This document shows positions 1 to 13,999 of a stretch of 53,021 nt of DNA, in pieces; position 1 is the first letter of the stretch, and the number at the start of each line of letters is the position of its first letter. This DNA comes from Octopus bimaculoides (lineage: Eukaryota): positions 108,354,048 to 108,407,068 of the forward strand of contig NC_068985.1 in the NCBI RefSeq assembly GCF_001194135.2, given 5' to 3'. A model generated the notes under the pieces. The model was not told the origin of the DNA, ran no database searches, and saw nothing but the letters and a program-made list of their open reading frames with translations. Both the position numbers and the translations under genes were made by a program.

Positions 1-31
<31 letters not shown>

Positions 32-459
32 TTGTGTGTATATATACATGTGTGTGCGTGTGTGTATGTACTGATTTCTATATCTCCTGTTGGTTCAACA
101 AAAGATATATTTACATATATATTTGTATGTGTGTTTGCGTTCGTGTTTTAGTCTGTCTCTCAACAAGCCAGTGTTGTTTTTTTCCTTCTTATTTTGGGTC
201 TCTGTGATTTTATTTTTGGGCAATTAATTTCTGATACAGTAATTATCCGAGTTGGAAAATATTATGGTGGTCGAGTTGATTGACGTAAAACTACAAGTTA
301 ATGCTCCATCACAGCTATTGTACAATAAATTAGAGCAGTAAAAATTAAAAAAATAGCATATATCGGACATCGACTTATATCATTGACTAATAAGAAATAA
401 ATCCTATTATTTTTTAAAATAATAAAAATGTAATTGATCATAACATCCTTTTTACTCAC

Positions 460-1148
460 CTTTAGAGCCAAATTAAGAATATCATGTCGCACTTCCTCTG
501 TTCTGTCTTCTTTGAGAAGTTGTTGCAAGGTGAGGTAAACGTAAGTCTTTTCGGTAATTTCAGAAAATGACTGAATACTAGTCAAACTGGAATTTTGCGA
601 AAAATCATCAGCGTATGTGATAAAGTCATCTCCATATAATTCTAGTTCTAATATTTCGTTATCAGCCCCGTAGCTGTTTGTCATTGTTACACTCACATTT
701 ATAGTTGGTTGGTATTCTTGCGGCAAAACACCAGAAACAACTAATTCTGAGCCTTGGAAGTAGTTGCTAAATGATGTAGAACTAGTATTAACAACACCAT
801 CTAAGTAAACAAATGTAATATCCTTTAATAAAATGTTAGATATTTCTTTATAAAGATTTTCAATTTGAAGTTTACTGTCAGAGTCTACGTAGATCTTTCT
901 ATTGAAGCCTCCGTTTTCTGTGGCAAGCTCACGAAGAAATTTACTGTCACAATTATCTCCGAAACAAAGTGCAAATAATGAAATATCTTGGTTGGCTTCT
1001 CTCACGTTTTTCTTGATTTGTTCGTGGTTAGTGACTCCTTCTGTTGGCTCTCCGTCAGTGAGAAATATGATCATACTTTTCTCTGTAGGGGATAAGGTTG
1101 GCTTGTATTTGTCTATACTTTGAAGGAGAGCAGCGTTAATATTTGTAC
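460..1148 (-). CDS. ITIH: Gene A exon 7, vWA C-part and following domain; gene continues left of the window
   Basis: gttgtttcag|GT...AAG|gtgagt, phase 1-0; TNINAALL...IIFLTDGEPTEG...YFQGSELVVSG...HDILNLALK. The ORF-track tail after 460 is intron read-through. Confidence 0.96.
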
Positions 1149-2002
1149 CTGAAACAACAGTAAATTTACATACTCAGAAAAAATAACAGGATATTTGTAC
1201 ACATAAAGAATTAGCATCAGTGATACAAACTTTACAGGAAAGCAGAGCAAACGTATATTTAAAAGTTAAATGAAAACAAATTATTTCAAAATGGAAAGAA
1301 GATGCGTTAAATGATAAAATGATAAAATATAAAACTTTCTTAAAATGCCTATGCAACATGTTTGTTCAAATAAGATGATGAAAATTTCATGATGATTGTA
1401 GCTCAGTAGTACATAGTAATAAAAGCTTTAAAATAAGGACATGAAGAACCGCTGTCAAATAGTGAACTTAAATTTTAACATAGAATATTAAGATTGTAGG
1501 ATAAAAAATGCTATGCTAAAGAGGAAATCTAATAGTTTAGGACTATAAGTTGATGAAAGCTACTGCTATAGCAATGATAATTTTCGTCTAAATAGAACGA
1601 AATTGCATCACAGCTTCAAAGGAAAACAACACTGCATAACGTAGTGTTGGCACTTCAACGTGTGCCATCACTCACACTAATATACTATGCATAATACATA
1701 TGAGGAAAATAAAGAAGAATTGAGCTAACCGAACAACTTTGTTTTTATCATTTGGATGAGGAACATAAAATAATAATTTAGAGAGTAAACAAAAATAAGC
1801 ATGTAACAAAAGCTTTAGCCATAATTTGAAGGACTATATATTCATGAACTCACGATATTAGAATTAAAATTAACCTTAAATCTTCCTTAATATAATCTAA
1901 TAAAATTTAATAATAGATTGTAATGCAATATACGTTCTGGAAATAGGTTCAGACTGTCATAAATTAAATTCGATACAGATATAAGAAATTTTTTTTACTT
2001 AC

Positions 2003-2291
2003 TTCCACTGGCTTCAAGTTTCTTAGTGTAATTTTTGCCTAATATTTTGTTAAGATTGTTTGCTATCAAAAATTCGTCATTCATCCACGAGACATCACTG
2101 CTGAATTTTCCGATGAGAAATTTATCAAGTTCTGGATCGAGTTGATCAAGGATACTTTCCATAGCTTGTCTCAGTTGTTCAATTTTACGTCCATACATTG
2201 ATCCACTGACATCAAGCATAAATATGATGTACTTTGGAAGAGTTGGCATGGAATCAGAAGTGAAGAAGTGCACAAAGTAGCCATCAACTGC
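2003..2291 (-). CDS. ITIH: Gene A exon 6, vWA N-part with MIDAS DxSxS
   Basis: tttcgcag|GCA...A|gtaagt, phase 0-1; AVDGYFVHFF...LPKYIIFMLDVSGSMYGRKIEQLRQAM. Confidence 0.96.
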
Positions 2292-2924
2292 CTGCGAAAT
2301 TTGGACAAGAAATAAAATATTAATGAATATTTCATATAATTGTTTACTGAAAAGTATTCCAACTAATATTTAGTATGAGATATTACAAGTATACATGACA
2401 ATATTTAGAGTCATACTATACAGCATACTAAACATGGCTTCTGGCTATGTTCAAAACCTTCGCTGCCTTCTGAGACTAGTAATAATTCGTTGTATATGTT
2501 ATAATGCTCGAAGTTGTCTCAAGTTCTATAAATCTGTATATGGTTAGCTCTCTGCTTAATTTTCAAGATTTTGCTTATTTGATTAGAATTGTAGCTGGTT
2601 AAACAAATGACCATGCCCACATTTCTGTGATCATCACTTTAGACGTTACCACCGATATTTCTACTACTGTCTCTTGGGGTTTAACTACCCAACAAACTGA
2701 ACAAAAGATCGATGACTACAGTTCTGATCCAGTAATTTAATTCTCCTTTCAATGTCCTAATCAGCATGTATTACAAAGTGACCAGTCACAATAACACAGG
2801 TATGGTTCCGGGCCCATTTCCACTGCGCGGTACTTTAGGTAAGTGTCTTCTATTTTAGTCGCGAGCCGACCAAAGACGTGTGTGAATTTGGTAGTCGGAA
2901 ACTGAAAGAAACCCGTCATATGTA

Positions 2925-3540
2925 TATATATATATATAATAATAATAATATTAGGGATAAAATCCAAAATTACAGGTAAAAACTCAATTAAAATCAATTT
3001 ATAAAAAATCAAAATTAAATTGAGCTTTATAGATAAAATATATATAAAATATATAATTTTAGGGAAAATAACCAAGTTTCAAGAACTCATCGATGAAAAT
3101 CCACTATCACATATAGAAAAATTAACAATTAAAAGCACAAATAAATATCATAAGATATCTTTATCTAATGATATTTACTTTGTTTTATATTATACTCATT
3201 TATTGTGCTTTTAATTGTTAATTTTTCTATATGTGATAGTGGATTTTCATCGATGAATTCTTGAAACTTGATTATTTTCCCTAAAACTATATATATATAT
3301 AATATTAGGGATAAAAATCCAAATTTACATGGAAAATTCAATTCAATTTAATTTATCAAAATTTAAATTAAATTAAATTTCACAATATATAATATATAAA
3401 TATATAATTTAGAGAAAAAAAACACAACTATAGAATTCATCCATGAAAATCCACAGTCACATATAGAAAAATTTAAAAAGTAAATACACTAAAAAGACCT
3501 ATAATAAAAACACAAAGTAATGAATATAAAAATAATAAAA
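2925..3540. repeat. Fold-back repeat (Penelope-like terminal repeats)
   Basis: Arms 3051-3145 and 3199-3292 with few mismatches; diverged third copy at 3300-3480. Confidence 0.8.
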
Positions 3541-3749
3541 CGACTACACGTGTTTCATAACCACATTTTCAAATAGAAAATAAAATCAAATCAAATCGAT
3601 TCACAACTAAAATGTTGCCTCCACAGATCATATGTGCCTTCACATGTGAATTTATCCTTCGCCCCACAGTAACAAAAATATAGTGTTATCCTCTAAAGAC
3701 GATTTTTCGCACTAGACATTAGATAACGGAGCGACTATCTAATACATGA

Positions 3750-4100
3750 AATCTGCGCGCATGGATGGTATGGAAAAGAAACGGCGACTGCTATCTCATA
3801 TTTGATGTGAGAAATGGTCATATCTTATTGATGCTGTTGAGATAAAATGCAGATAAATAGTCTTGGGAGACAACTAAATGAGCTATTAATCTAGAGTTAT
3901 TTCCCTTACCCTTAAAAAAAAATGTTAAGACAGCTGTGATGCTGTATGTGTCTGGTGAGAACGAAAGCGTCACAGATAAAATTGAATATGAAATTGAATT
4001 TCTTGGAGAAACGCAAGCTTTAATTTCATACTTGCAGAAAATGAAGCTTAAGCTTAACTAGGGAAAAAATTATGTTAAAATATTTTCATCATCCAGACAT
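3750..4100 (+). mobile_element. Possible RTE LINE C-terminal remnant
   Basis: Weak similarity (ISLTLKKNVKTAVMLY) to the post-RT region of RTE elements. Confidence 0.3.
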
Positions 4101-4514
4101 CTACCTAATCTGCAGAAAGGAAATTTTTAGTGCTTGCCAACTTGAAAGAAGGTATATGAAAGAAGGTATATGTTATATTACGGGCTCCACTAGTATTATG
4201 ATTACTAGGTTCTCCGTCTTCGGTTTTTCTCACAGTTGAGACTTTAATGTACATAACATAGTACATAACACATAACACAGTACATAACACATATAAGCAT
4301 ATGCAACCAAACAGGGTTAAAAGCTTCTGCTTCCACATACCATTAGTTTTTGTAGTAATTATTGATAATTACTTATATTAAAGATATATATATATATATA
4401 TNNNNNNNNNNNNNNNNNNNNNNNNNNNNNNNNNNNNNNNNNNNNNNNNNNNNNNNNNNNNNNNNNNNNNNNNNNNNNNNNNNNNNNNNNNNNNNNNNNN
4501 NTATATTATTCATA

Positions 4515-4808
4515 TAAATACAGTGTACATTCAAACACATAAGAGGTATCCATCCATCATAGGATTCCCTCACGCCAGAAAGAACAGCTAGAAAGAACAG
4601 GTAAGTTCCAAACTTTGCCTGGCAGATTATTTTATTTGCTAAAATAAGTCAGAAACCATTGGTCCAGGAGCTAGATGGTAAATGTTTTTATTTTTCATTC
4701 CCTTCGAAATTTTATCCCTAATAGTGGTTTGGGACTTAGCTGTTCTTTCTAGCGCGAGGGAATCCTATGATGGATACCTCTTATGCGTTTGAATGTACAC
4801 TGTATTTA
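4515..4808. repeat. Fold-back repeat, ~72-bp arms
   Basis: 4515-4590 versus 4737-4808: three substitutions and one 4-nt insertion. Confidence 0.9.
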
Positions 4809-5614
4809 AATGTACACTGTATTTTATATTCTCTAATAATTCTGTCCTTTTCGTTTGCATTCAAGTAACCTAATAAAAATTATATTAACTAGTTTTTATT
4901 TGTTATTCTCGCACAAAAAAATGTCTTTTTTTAAAAAAGATTACTTCTTTAAATATACACCATATCTTATATTACTTGTATATAACTGTCAAGTCATATC
5001 CTAATTCAAATATAACTATGCTGTCCCATTGGACATCTCTATCTCACTTCCTATGATAAATGCTTTATTTGAAGTGTATATTACTTTATTTTTATATAGA
5101 GCGAATGTTTCTTAAACATATTTCACTTATATTTTCAAATAACCGTTAGCCGCATCAGCTTCAGTTTTTTCACAACTAGACTCAACAACACTTTTTGTAG
5201 TATGCTCTTGATTTTTTATAAGGATAAAATATATATATCCAAATATGTTATTTGCTAGTTCCTCAATCAAGTCTTTTGTAACAATTATAATAATTTTTTG
5301 ATATATTCTCTTTTGCACTGAAGAGAACAGTAATATGTAATTAATTTAATTTAATTTAATTAATTTCTAATTATTCTACCATATTATTTCCATGTTAATG
5401 TTGCTGTTCGAAACGATCGCATGCATGTATTAAAATTCTTTTTTAAATTTGAGCATTTCTTCTTCATTTTTAACAGTTTGTTGAGTTTCTATGGGATACC
5501 TTTCCATAAATTCTCATCACATACCATATACACGCACACATATAAGATATGATTATAGTATAATAATCCATTTAAAATGACAAGATGAGAATTTGATGTA
5601 CAAAAATGACTTAC

Positions 5615-5778
5615 ATATATTAAATTTGAATTATTTTGACGATCCACATCATATTCTACTCTGAGTAAACCTGCAACACCATCTTTCTCTGTTATTTCTT
5701 CTTGCTGTTTACGACTTGGGTTGTATTTGATGTAAACCTCTCTACTGCTGATGTACTCAATTGAAGCCGAATCTAGAT
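5615..5778 (-). CDS. ITIH: Gene A exon 5
   Basis: tttcaaacag|AT...TAT|gtaagt, phase 1-0; LDSASIEYISSREVYIKYNPSRKQQEE...LRVEYDVDRQ matches the ITIH P...QQ and V.YDV.R motifs. Confidence 0.92.
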
Positions 5779-7039
5779 CTGTTTGAAAAACAAACATCTT
5801 AATATATATCGATAACAGAGTCGAATAAATACCTATTATTTCAATATCACCAAGCCCAATGAGATATAACTTCACCGGCTTGATGTACTATCTAATGTTG
5901 ATATGAAACTGTGTCATATTTACTGTGTGATAATGTAAAGTGAACAGCGGCAGAATTAAATGCCTACCTTGGGCGAATAATGTTATGTCAGTGCAGGACA
6001 TCTTAATACTATTTTTGTCCAATCTTTAATAAGGGACTACGTAACATTTGATGGTGAGATAGCGCGAAATATTTATTGCAAGATATTTATGTTACAACGG
6101 GGAAGAGTTGAACAGCCGAATGTCTTTAGAGAACAAGCATCTACTCTTATGCAAGTATTTCGGCTCTTAACGTCCGAAATTCTAAGCAACAGAATGCATC
6201 CAGGGTACCTCCTGCTATTCCTTTTTTGCTTCTCTTTGCAATGTAATTAACACCAGCTGGGTGGTCAAGTTGCTCCAGGGACAAAAATTCTTTGGATGTT
6301 GTAACCACTTCACTTTAGCTGAACATAGGGTAAGTTATGTCTTCGGAAATTTCTTTTCATTATTCCTTGACTACTAACGTATCTAGCGAGGAATATTTAT
6401 GTTTACTTTCGGAATGTGAACAATTATGTTTGGAATTTATTGTAACGAAATGTATTGTTTGTCAAGGGATATCTTGTTAAATGGTAACCACTATAGTGAT
6501 GCAGTGAGAGTGGTAAACAAGAGAATGTGTAATATGTGCGTGCCGTAGCTAGAGGTAGTATATCATTTAATTTGGTATATTTATGGGCGATACGTAACAC
6601 TTAATCTGCAGGAAAACGTAATGTTTACTGCAGAACAATGAAATGTTTATTGCAGCGCAGTGTAATTCTATTTGGAAAAGGATGCATTGCTACAGTAGCG
6701 GGCACTTGGACATTATATTGTTGACCCTAGGATAATATAATGTTAGGGAAGAGACAAAACTTTATCCCAGAAACGTTATAATATTTGAAAAATGTAAATG
6801 AAATGACATTTGTCCGATTCTGGAGAGTATTATTTATTCTAAGTGAAGTGTTTTCTTTATACAAGAATAAAGATCATTTTGTAGACACTTTAATTATACT
6901 ATCAGGAATGTTATCTATTTCCCGTATTTATCAGTGCATCCACTTTGTGGAACTTAAAAGAATCAGTGATTAAAGGAAGTTTATGACGATAATGGCAAAT
7001 GAAAATATAGAGTAAACCAAACATAAATGACCTGCCTAC

Positions 7040-7290
7040 CTTTGTCGATAGCAATATCAGTTAATTTATCATCTGTTATTTCTGGTACAAATACATTAAT
7101 GATGTCTTGCGGTTCCCTAATGAAAACCTCGACTAAAAAGTTATCAATAATTTCACCATTGGAGAGATGAATGACGTGCCTGTATTTATTATTCTGACGT
7201 GTCAGAAGCTCTTGATAAGTCAAGTTATAAATTACATACTTGTTGGGTTCAACATTAATAGATATATCAAAGACATTTGTGAAGCGGTGT
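7040..7290 (-). CDS. ITIH: Gene A exon 4, VIT C-part
   Basis: ttttccag|A...G|gtaggc, phase 2-1; HRFTNVFDISINVEPNKYVIYNLTYQELLTRQNNKY...; F..S.NV and LTYQELL are ITIH signatures. Confidence 0.93.
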
Positions 7291-7386
7291 CTGGAAAATA
7301 AGAAAAAAATAGATGAAATATTTCTGAAATACTGTTACTGGAATACTAAGAGCAAGAAATATAGAATGAGGAAAATGAGATATTAC

Positions 7387-7497
7387 TTGACTTCAATATA
7401 GCCAGCCCCTTGCCCTGTTTCAACGGCATGTTCGTAAATATCTTTAGCGACAAATCTGTCTTTTACTTCGCCCACAGTCACATTTCCATCAATTTCC
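7387..7497 (-). CDS. ITIH: Gene A exon 3, VIT domain
   Basis: gattgcag|G...AA|gtaata, phase 2-2; EIDGNVTVGEVKDRFVAKDIYEHAVETGQGAGYIEV. Not in the ORF track. Confidence 0.92.
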
Positions 7498-7603
7498 CTG
7501 CAATCAACAATAAAATTAAAAATAACCAACATTAAAAAAATCACAAAAATTATTTTAGAATTTCTGAAATATTTGAAACATGTGAAAAATGAACAATACT
7601 TAC

Positions 7604-7761
7604 ATAGAAAAATTCGATATAAATGAACTACGAGGCATGTTTACATGTAAGTTTGCGCTGACTGAAGAACTGTGCGGGTTATAATATTTCATAGAAACTA
7701 GAGTGGTAGCAAATCGATATTTAATATCACTGATTACATGAAGGGATTTCAGGCTTGCTGT
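7604..7761 (-). CDS. ITIH: Gene A exon 2, VIT domain N-part
   Basis: ttttttcag|ACA...AT|gtaagt; TASLKSLHVISDIKYRFATTLVSMKYYNP...MPRSSFISNFSM resembles the ITIH VIT motif (RFA.T...LP..AFISNFSM). Confidence 0.93.
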
Positions 7762-8829
7762 CTGAAAAAAAAGCCAAGAAATACCATAAATCACTTAAAT
7801 AGATCTTTATTGGATGTTAACTTTTATGCAGAAACACAAAATATCCTTAAAAGCAGTTTGTTTACGTGATGAGTAATAAAGTTCTAAAATCGACAGATTT
7901 AATACTATTAGGGCATTTGAAAGAAAAAGACAAGCATTATAGTGTATAGATTTCCAAAGTTAGCCACCCACAGGAAAAGCAAATATCTATTGCTTCCCTT
8001 ACATGTTTTATATTTTGGTGAGTATAAAATCAATTACAATTACGTTCTCTCTTAATGAGTGCACGTGGTGACTACGAAGAATCCGAAGCTATTAGTATTC
8101 ATACTTACAGACGTGTTAATGTTTAGCTCTACATGATCTCTGGCGCGAGCTAACCTATGTTTAGAGGCGTTCCAGCCAGGACCATTCAGTCTTGTTAGGT
8201 ATATCTAGGAATGCATATTCCAATGTGTCTTTTCTTACATATTATGATTTGAAGAAAACTTAGCTGCTATTAGAAACAAATCAATGAGATATGATGGAGA
8301 GGCTTCATTTAGAGGATCCGGAAAGAATACTGTTGGTATATTTTAAACAATATACTAATTGTAAAATACTTGTGCCCATCGACAACAAATAATGACCATT
8401 AGTTAATAAGAGATGAGATTTGGTTTGAAAATCCATTGGATGTATGTAATCAATGTTTTACTAGGTAAATTGCAACACACAGATAAAATCGATCTATGTT
8501 TCATCTTCTGCTTATAAAATAGATGTTCAGACATATAATATAAATATTTACGTTTTAAAGTAATAAAAAGACAACATGGATACCTTTCTGATTTTTCAGA
8601 AAACACATTTACTTGATAATTCACATAGTCTAGTGGTTAGGGTGTTGGGCTCACGATCATAAGACCGTACTTTTAATTCCTGGAAGAATCGTCATTTGGC
8701 ATTGCTCCAATCTACTCGGATCTTGCTAAAGTACTAGTTGCTATAGTAGATGCCATTGAAAGACTGATTGTAACTTAGTCCATACAGTTGTCACTGACAA
8801 CTACAAAAGCATAACCTGTGGTTACAAAC

Positions 8830-10215
8830 AATTAAGCTATCAACAAGCATATTCAGCATATTCCAGGATGATTGCTTATATATAATACTGTTTGTGCTGG
8901 CAGTGAATTCCTTGTCAGCCCTGTTAGCAAAATGCCATGGCTACGTGCTGGAATATGCAGAAAAGAATAGAATTAATGTCACCCGCTCATTTTTGATAAT
9001 ATGACCAACATCAAGTGACGAGTAGAACTAGTCACAACATTCTCACGAGGTATAAGAATGAAGTCTGGGCAAGATAAATGCTCGCATACGATAGTCAGTT
9101 GAGTAAAAGTTCCCGACCAAGCAGAGAACATTTACATCAACGGCTTGTCTATCTCTGCTGCTATCTCAAATGATGGAAGCTACAATTATCTCGGAATCAA
9201 TGAGAATGTTGCATACATTGGTGCTGTGTTTAAAGCCAGAATAAAAAATAGTACTTCTGTAGACTCCGGAAAATATGGAACTCAGAGCTGTCTTCATTTA
9301 ATGAGACCATATCTCACAATGCTTTTGCAGTTCCAGTGCTAGTACTAACATTTAGGCTATTGGATGAGATACACGATGAGAGAAATAGCCTAGACATCAA
9401 ATCGAGAAAAGAACTGACCACTTCTGGCCCCTTCCACATTAACAGTGACACCAATAAGATTTATGTGGGCGAAGTGCTGGCGCTAGAGGTATATGGTCAC
9501 TCCAAACAACCATTCAATGTTACATCGTATTAATCACACAATACCTGCTGAACAGGAAAGAATTGAGTATATTCCTTTATTCAAAAGTGAGGGCAACAAC
9601 ATTTCCAGAGTTGGTGAACTACTGTAGAAGTACTCTGGGGATACAACTGTCTCATGCTGTCCGAATGAGGCCGAACTAGCTTACTTAAACAGAATCTTAG
9701 AGGAGAATCACTCATCTTACCAATAAAAGAGCGATGCATGGGTACATATTTCGCAAGCTAGAGTGCAACAACAGCATTGATAAAAAGAGTAGCCTCTTCT
9801 GGACCTGTAATAGATACATTACATCCCACCTAGAAGGATATGCCTTTGCTACCCATGAACAGAATATAGCTACTAAATACCTTATAAACGAGAGAGACAA
9901 ATATACCATCACATTGTGATAAAAAAATAAATAGACCATAAACAAATAAACCTTCATTTTGTGATAAAAAATGTCGACTCTGCTGTTCTAGGGAGAAAGA
10001 TATCGGCCACATGATCATCAGATACCCCAAAATGTCTACGACCTACCATCTGACGCATGTTATAGTTGCAAAGAATATTTACAATGTTGACCGTAAGAAT
10101 GACAGCAATGTCGGATATATCAAAGGCATGTCAGTACCAGAAGGTATTCGCCAAATCCAATCTGTCATTGGCACAGGGAAGATTAGTAAGATATTCCAAA
10201 AGGTCTCCTTCTAAA
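8830..10215 (+). mobile_element. Decayed R4/Dong-clade non-LTR retrotransposon (RT to CCHC)
   Basis: IFQDDCL; FSRGIRMKSGQDKC; GSYNYLGINE; SRKELTTSGPFHINSDTNKIY; MHGYIFR; EGYAFATHEQ; KCRLC. Confidence 0.85.
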
Positions 10216-10382
10216 CTTATGTGAATAGATGTATACACTTGGCTGTATACATTGACAGTTCAAACCAACACACAAACTCCACGACAACCTCACCGGAAAA
10301 TTTCTTAATACGCTTTGCCGCTTTGTCAGCGATCGGTTTGAACTTTCACAAGAATACGTTAAATCACACTCAAAGAAAAATC

Positions 10383-10442
10383 ATACATACATACATACAT
10401 ACATTCATGTGTGTGTTTGTGTGTGTGCTTGTGTGTGTGTGC

Positions 10443-10541
<99 letters not shown>

Positions 10542-10547
10542 TGTGTG

Positions 10548-10579
<32 letters not shown>

Positions 10580-10600
10580 TATATATAGGCATGTATATAT
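10383..10600. repeat. Compound (TACA)n/(GT)n/(TATG)n microsatellite, representative of many
   Basis: Seen directly; others at ~12115-12225, 23898-24055, 32430-32545, 46125-46192, 49080-49265 and 50090-50190. They produce spurious low-complexity ORFs. Confidence 0.98.
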
Positions 10601-11749
10601 GCATAACATTTAATTGGGAGAAGTTACAAACTGACTCAACGTCCAAGAGTTTCACCGTGGTCCTTTTGCGCCTATGTATGTGCGTCTCTCTGTGTGTATA
10701 TTTATATTGTGTGTGTATGAGTGCATATGTGCATGTATGTATGTGCATATGAACGTGCTCGTGCATATTGAGAAATTGTGTATAAACAATCAGAAAGATT
10801 GCTTATCAAAAATGTGTAACTGCTACAATAATGCTCATGGGAAATTGTTTTGCCGTTTCAATTTACACATACGATCAGATATATGTGTATGTTGTGTGTG
10901 TGTGTGTGTGTGTGTGTATCTGTGTGTCTCTGTGTGTGTACATTTATGTATGTGCATGTATGTGTGCGTAAGTATATGTGTTGTGTTTTTGGAGCGTTGT
11001 TTAAAGGGAGAAAGAAAGTGAAAAAGACAAAATGATAGGAAGACAGAAAGAAGGACAGAGAGAAAGAAAGAAAAGTATGGTCGAAATGCCGCAAAGCACT
11101 TTCCCCTGCGTGTTAACGATTCTGCGAGCTCACCGACTTACCAGATGCATTAATATTGGTTTCAAATTTCGCCAAAAGGCTATGGGGTAATTCTATTACA
11201 TCGACCACTGTGCTCTACTGGTATATATTTCATTAGTTGCGATTGGATGAAAGGTAAAGTCGACCTCAGCGGTATTTTCACTCAGAACAAGAAGACGGAC
11301 AAAAATGCTGCTAAGCATTTTTTCTGGGGTGCTAACTTTTCAACCAGATCGCCGCCCTGGCTGACGCATTAGTATTAAATAACATTAAGGCGACGAGCTG
11401 GCAGAATCGTTAGCATGCCGGGCAACATGTTTCTTTCTTTCCTTCTTTCTTTCTTTCTTTCTTTTCTAATTTCTTTCTTTCTTTTTTCTTTCTTCTCTAA
11501 CCAAGCCTTCCAAACCTCACCACACACACACATGTTCTTGCGCAATGCAAATACACGTGCATATATACACGGATGCCAGCGTGAAAATAAAAAATGCCAC
11601 CCTCATCCGTGTAGGTTACACTGATCGAAATAAATGAAGAACAGCCACTTTTCTTCACGATGCCTTTGCAATGGTTACCAAGGACATATTTTTTCAGTGG
11701 CTATTGGGAATCTATATCATTAATCAACAAGGTTAATTACATCATTTTT

Positions 11750-11900
11750 GATGGTCTCTATAAAGCCCATTTATAGTGATTTGAATAGTGCCTCAACAAA
11801 ATGAAGTCCTTTATTCAAAGATACAACTCCAAGAACATATTGGTGATGGGCGATTTTAACTTCCCTTACGTAAACTGGCAGATGAAAGAGCAAACATAAT
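11750..11900 (+). mobile_element. CR1-like endonuclease fragment
   Basis: ILVMGDFNFPYVNWQ. Confidence 0.55.
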
Positions 11901-12113
11901 GTCAAAAATAATGGCATATAGACCCTTTTACCATTTTTCATCTTCGTTCTCGAATATTTCTAAAGAATATCTGTATAGATAACCGTAACAAGTGATGTTA
12001 AATGCACTGCTAACATAGTAGAACACGGTGTTAACTTGTAGAAATATTCAATATATTTTATAGTATATTATGGTTGCATAACGTAATACTGCGTCTATAC
12101 AAGCCATTAATAC

Positions 12114-12144
<31 letters not shown>

Positions 12145-13169
12145 TGTATGTATGTATGTGTGTATGTATGTATGTATGTATGTATGTATGTGTGTATGTA
12201 TGTATGTATGTATGTATGTATGTCTACACACACAGACTCATACATACAGAGAAACACACATATATAAAAAGTAGATGTTCAAATGGTAATATATATCCCT
12301 GTTTCGCAAATATTTAATTTATCAGTCGATTAAGTTTCTAATATCTCATTATATAAGTTACGAAAGTAAAGTCAATTTATTTTATTCCTGGTCGTCTATA
12401 TTACAATAAATAAAACTCTTTCTTTTTTAGTTATGAGTCCTTAACTTTGCTTAAACGAAGCAATATCTACATTGTCACAAAATCCTTAAAAATTGTGCTT
12501 TTAATAGTTTCATTTTTTTGTAACACGATTTTTGTGATTTATTACTAAAGATTTGGAGTATAGAAATCTAATTTCAATTCAGTCATGGATATTGTTTTTA
12601 ACACAAATATCACGTAGAATGTAATGATAACACAATACCCACAGAATATACATACATAAGTACATTTGGTAGTAGGATGTTATATAGGCAAACATATATA
12701 TATATATTTGCCTACATAACATCTATAGCCGATTACATCGACCCCAGTATGTAAATGGTACTTACTTCATCGACCTCGAAAGGATGACAGCAAAAGTCAA
12801 CAAGTCAACCTCAGCGGAATTCTGAGGAATGTAATGTCGGACGAAATACCTTTAAGCATTTTGCTGGGCTTGAAAACGATTCTGCCAGCTCGCCACCTTT
12901 AATTATGTATATATATAGAAATATATATGTGTGTGTGTGTGTGTGTATACATATATATATATATAATGAATGACACAATTATAGAACATTCAGGACTGAA
13001 TTTGTTCCAATAAATCACTTAATGTTTGAATGTTGCATTTCCTCGCTTCGGTTTGTTCTATACATACGCACAAAGACGTGCAGCAAGCGTGGAGTGAGAT
13101 ATGATTTCAAAATCAAATATCCATTATATTTTGAAACTCTGTCACTGAAAACGCTACATCACAAATATA

Positions 13170-13870
13170 GTTTATGTTCTCAATGAAGATGATCTGAACC
13201 GAAGCGTGCTATTTTGTGAGAGGTACTTGGCTAGATGTGTAGATGTTCACTTTCCGATAAATATTGCTTCGAGCAATGAGGCTACATTTTCATTAATTAG
13301 TGTAATTAACCGTGATGACCATAACTCGTGGGGGCCAAATAATCTGCATATTATCATGTTACCAGAAGTTACAATATAGAGTGGTTTATTACCCACTTCT
13401 TTGAAGTTTGTGTCACAACCTTTCATGTCATTCTTTGAAGAGAGATTTGAATAAAAGGAGTTTGTTTGCAGCAGTATGTGCCATAGTAGTGTAAGAGCCT
13501 AGTTTGATGAGATTTTTCCGAATAAGTGAATTGGAGGTAGAGCTTCATTTGAATATCCCCCGCGTTCACCGGACCTCATACCACTGAACTGTTTTTTATG
13601 GGGGATACTTAAAGACAAAGTTTAGGGCACAAAACCAGTGACAGCCGACGAATTGACAGCAACCGTTGAACAACAGTGTTTCTTCATGTTTGTGATAACA
13701 TTTCTTCAGTAGTGATTAAAACAGAATGATCATGAAATAGAAAACCGGCATTCATGAAAACAAGTAAATTCTGTCCTGCAGATCCTGTTGAATTTTGAAA
13801 ATGTAACGTATTTTAATAAACACTGCCTTTATAATCATTCAATGTATGTAGACATTTTTGGTACCACCTC
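13170..13870 (+). mobile_element. Tc1/mariner-superfamily transposase fragment
   Basis: LNEDDLNRSVLFCE; SNEATFSL (FSDEATFHL-like); EYPPRSPDLIPLNCFLWGILKDKV. Confidence 0.8.
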
Positions 13871-13999
13871 TCTTCCCTCACACATACACACGCACAGATA
13901 TACACATACATATTTTTATTTGATCATTTGTCGTTGTCCACGATGACCAAGGACGTCACATGGGTGAAGAAGATAGGGCACAGTGATTCCAGCTATGGC

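Noticed and set aside
1-459. Final exon of gene A (expected YxFVTPLTSM)
   Set aside because: No matching segment with a valid acceptor; the gene's 3' end is taken to be outside the window.
3241-3275. tcgatga-attctt-gaaac as a degenerate hammerhead
   Set aside because: The core reads TCGATGA, there is no stem II, and no stem I pairing is possible.
5127-5318. ORF ending ADAANGYLKI, resembling the ITIH VNGYF motif
   Set aside because: Exons 5 and 6 already join in phase to give IYAVDGYFVHFF; no suitable donor here.
10221-11094. ORFs such as VCVCVC, HTHTHT and YIYIYI here and throughout the window, plus ORFs spanning N gaps
   Set aside because: These are translations of microsatellites or undefined bases, with no coding signal.
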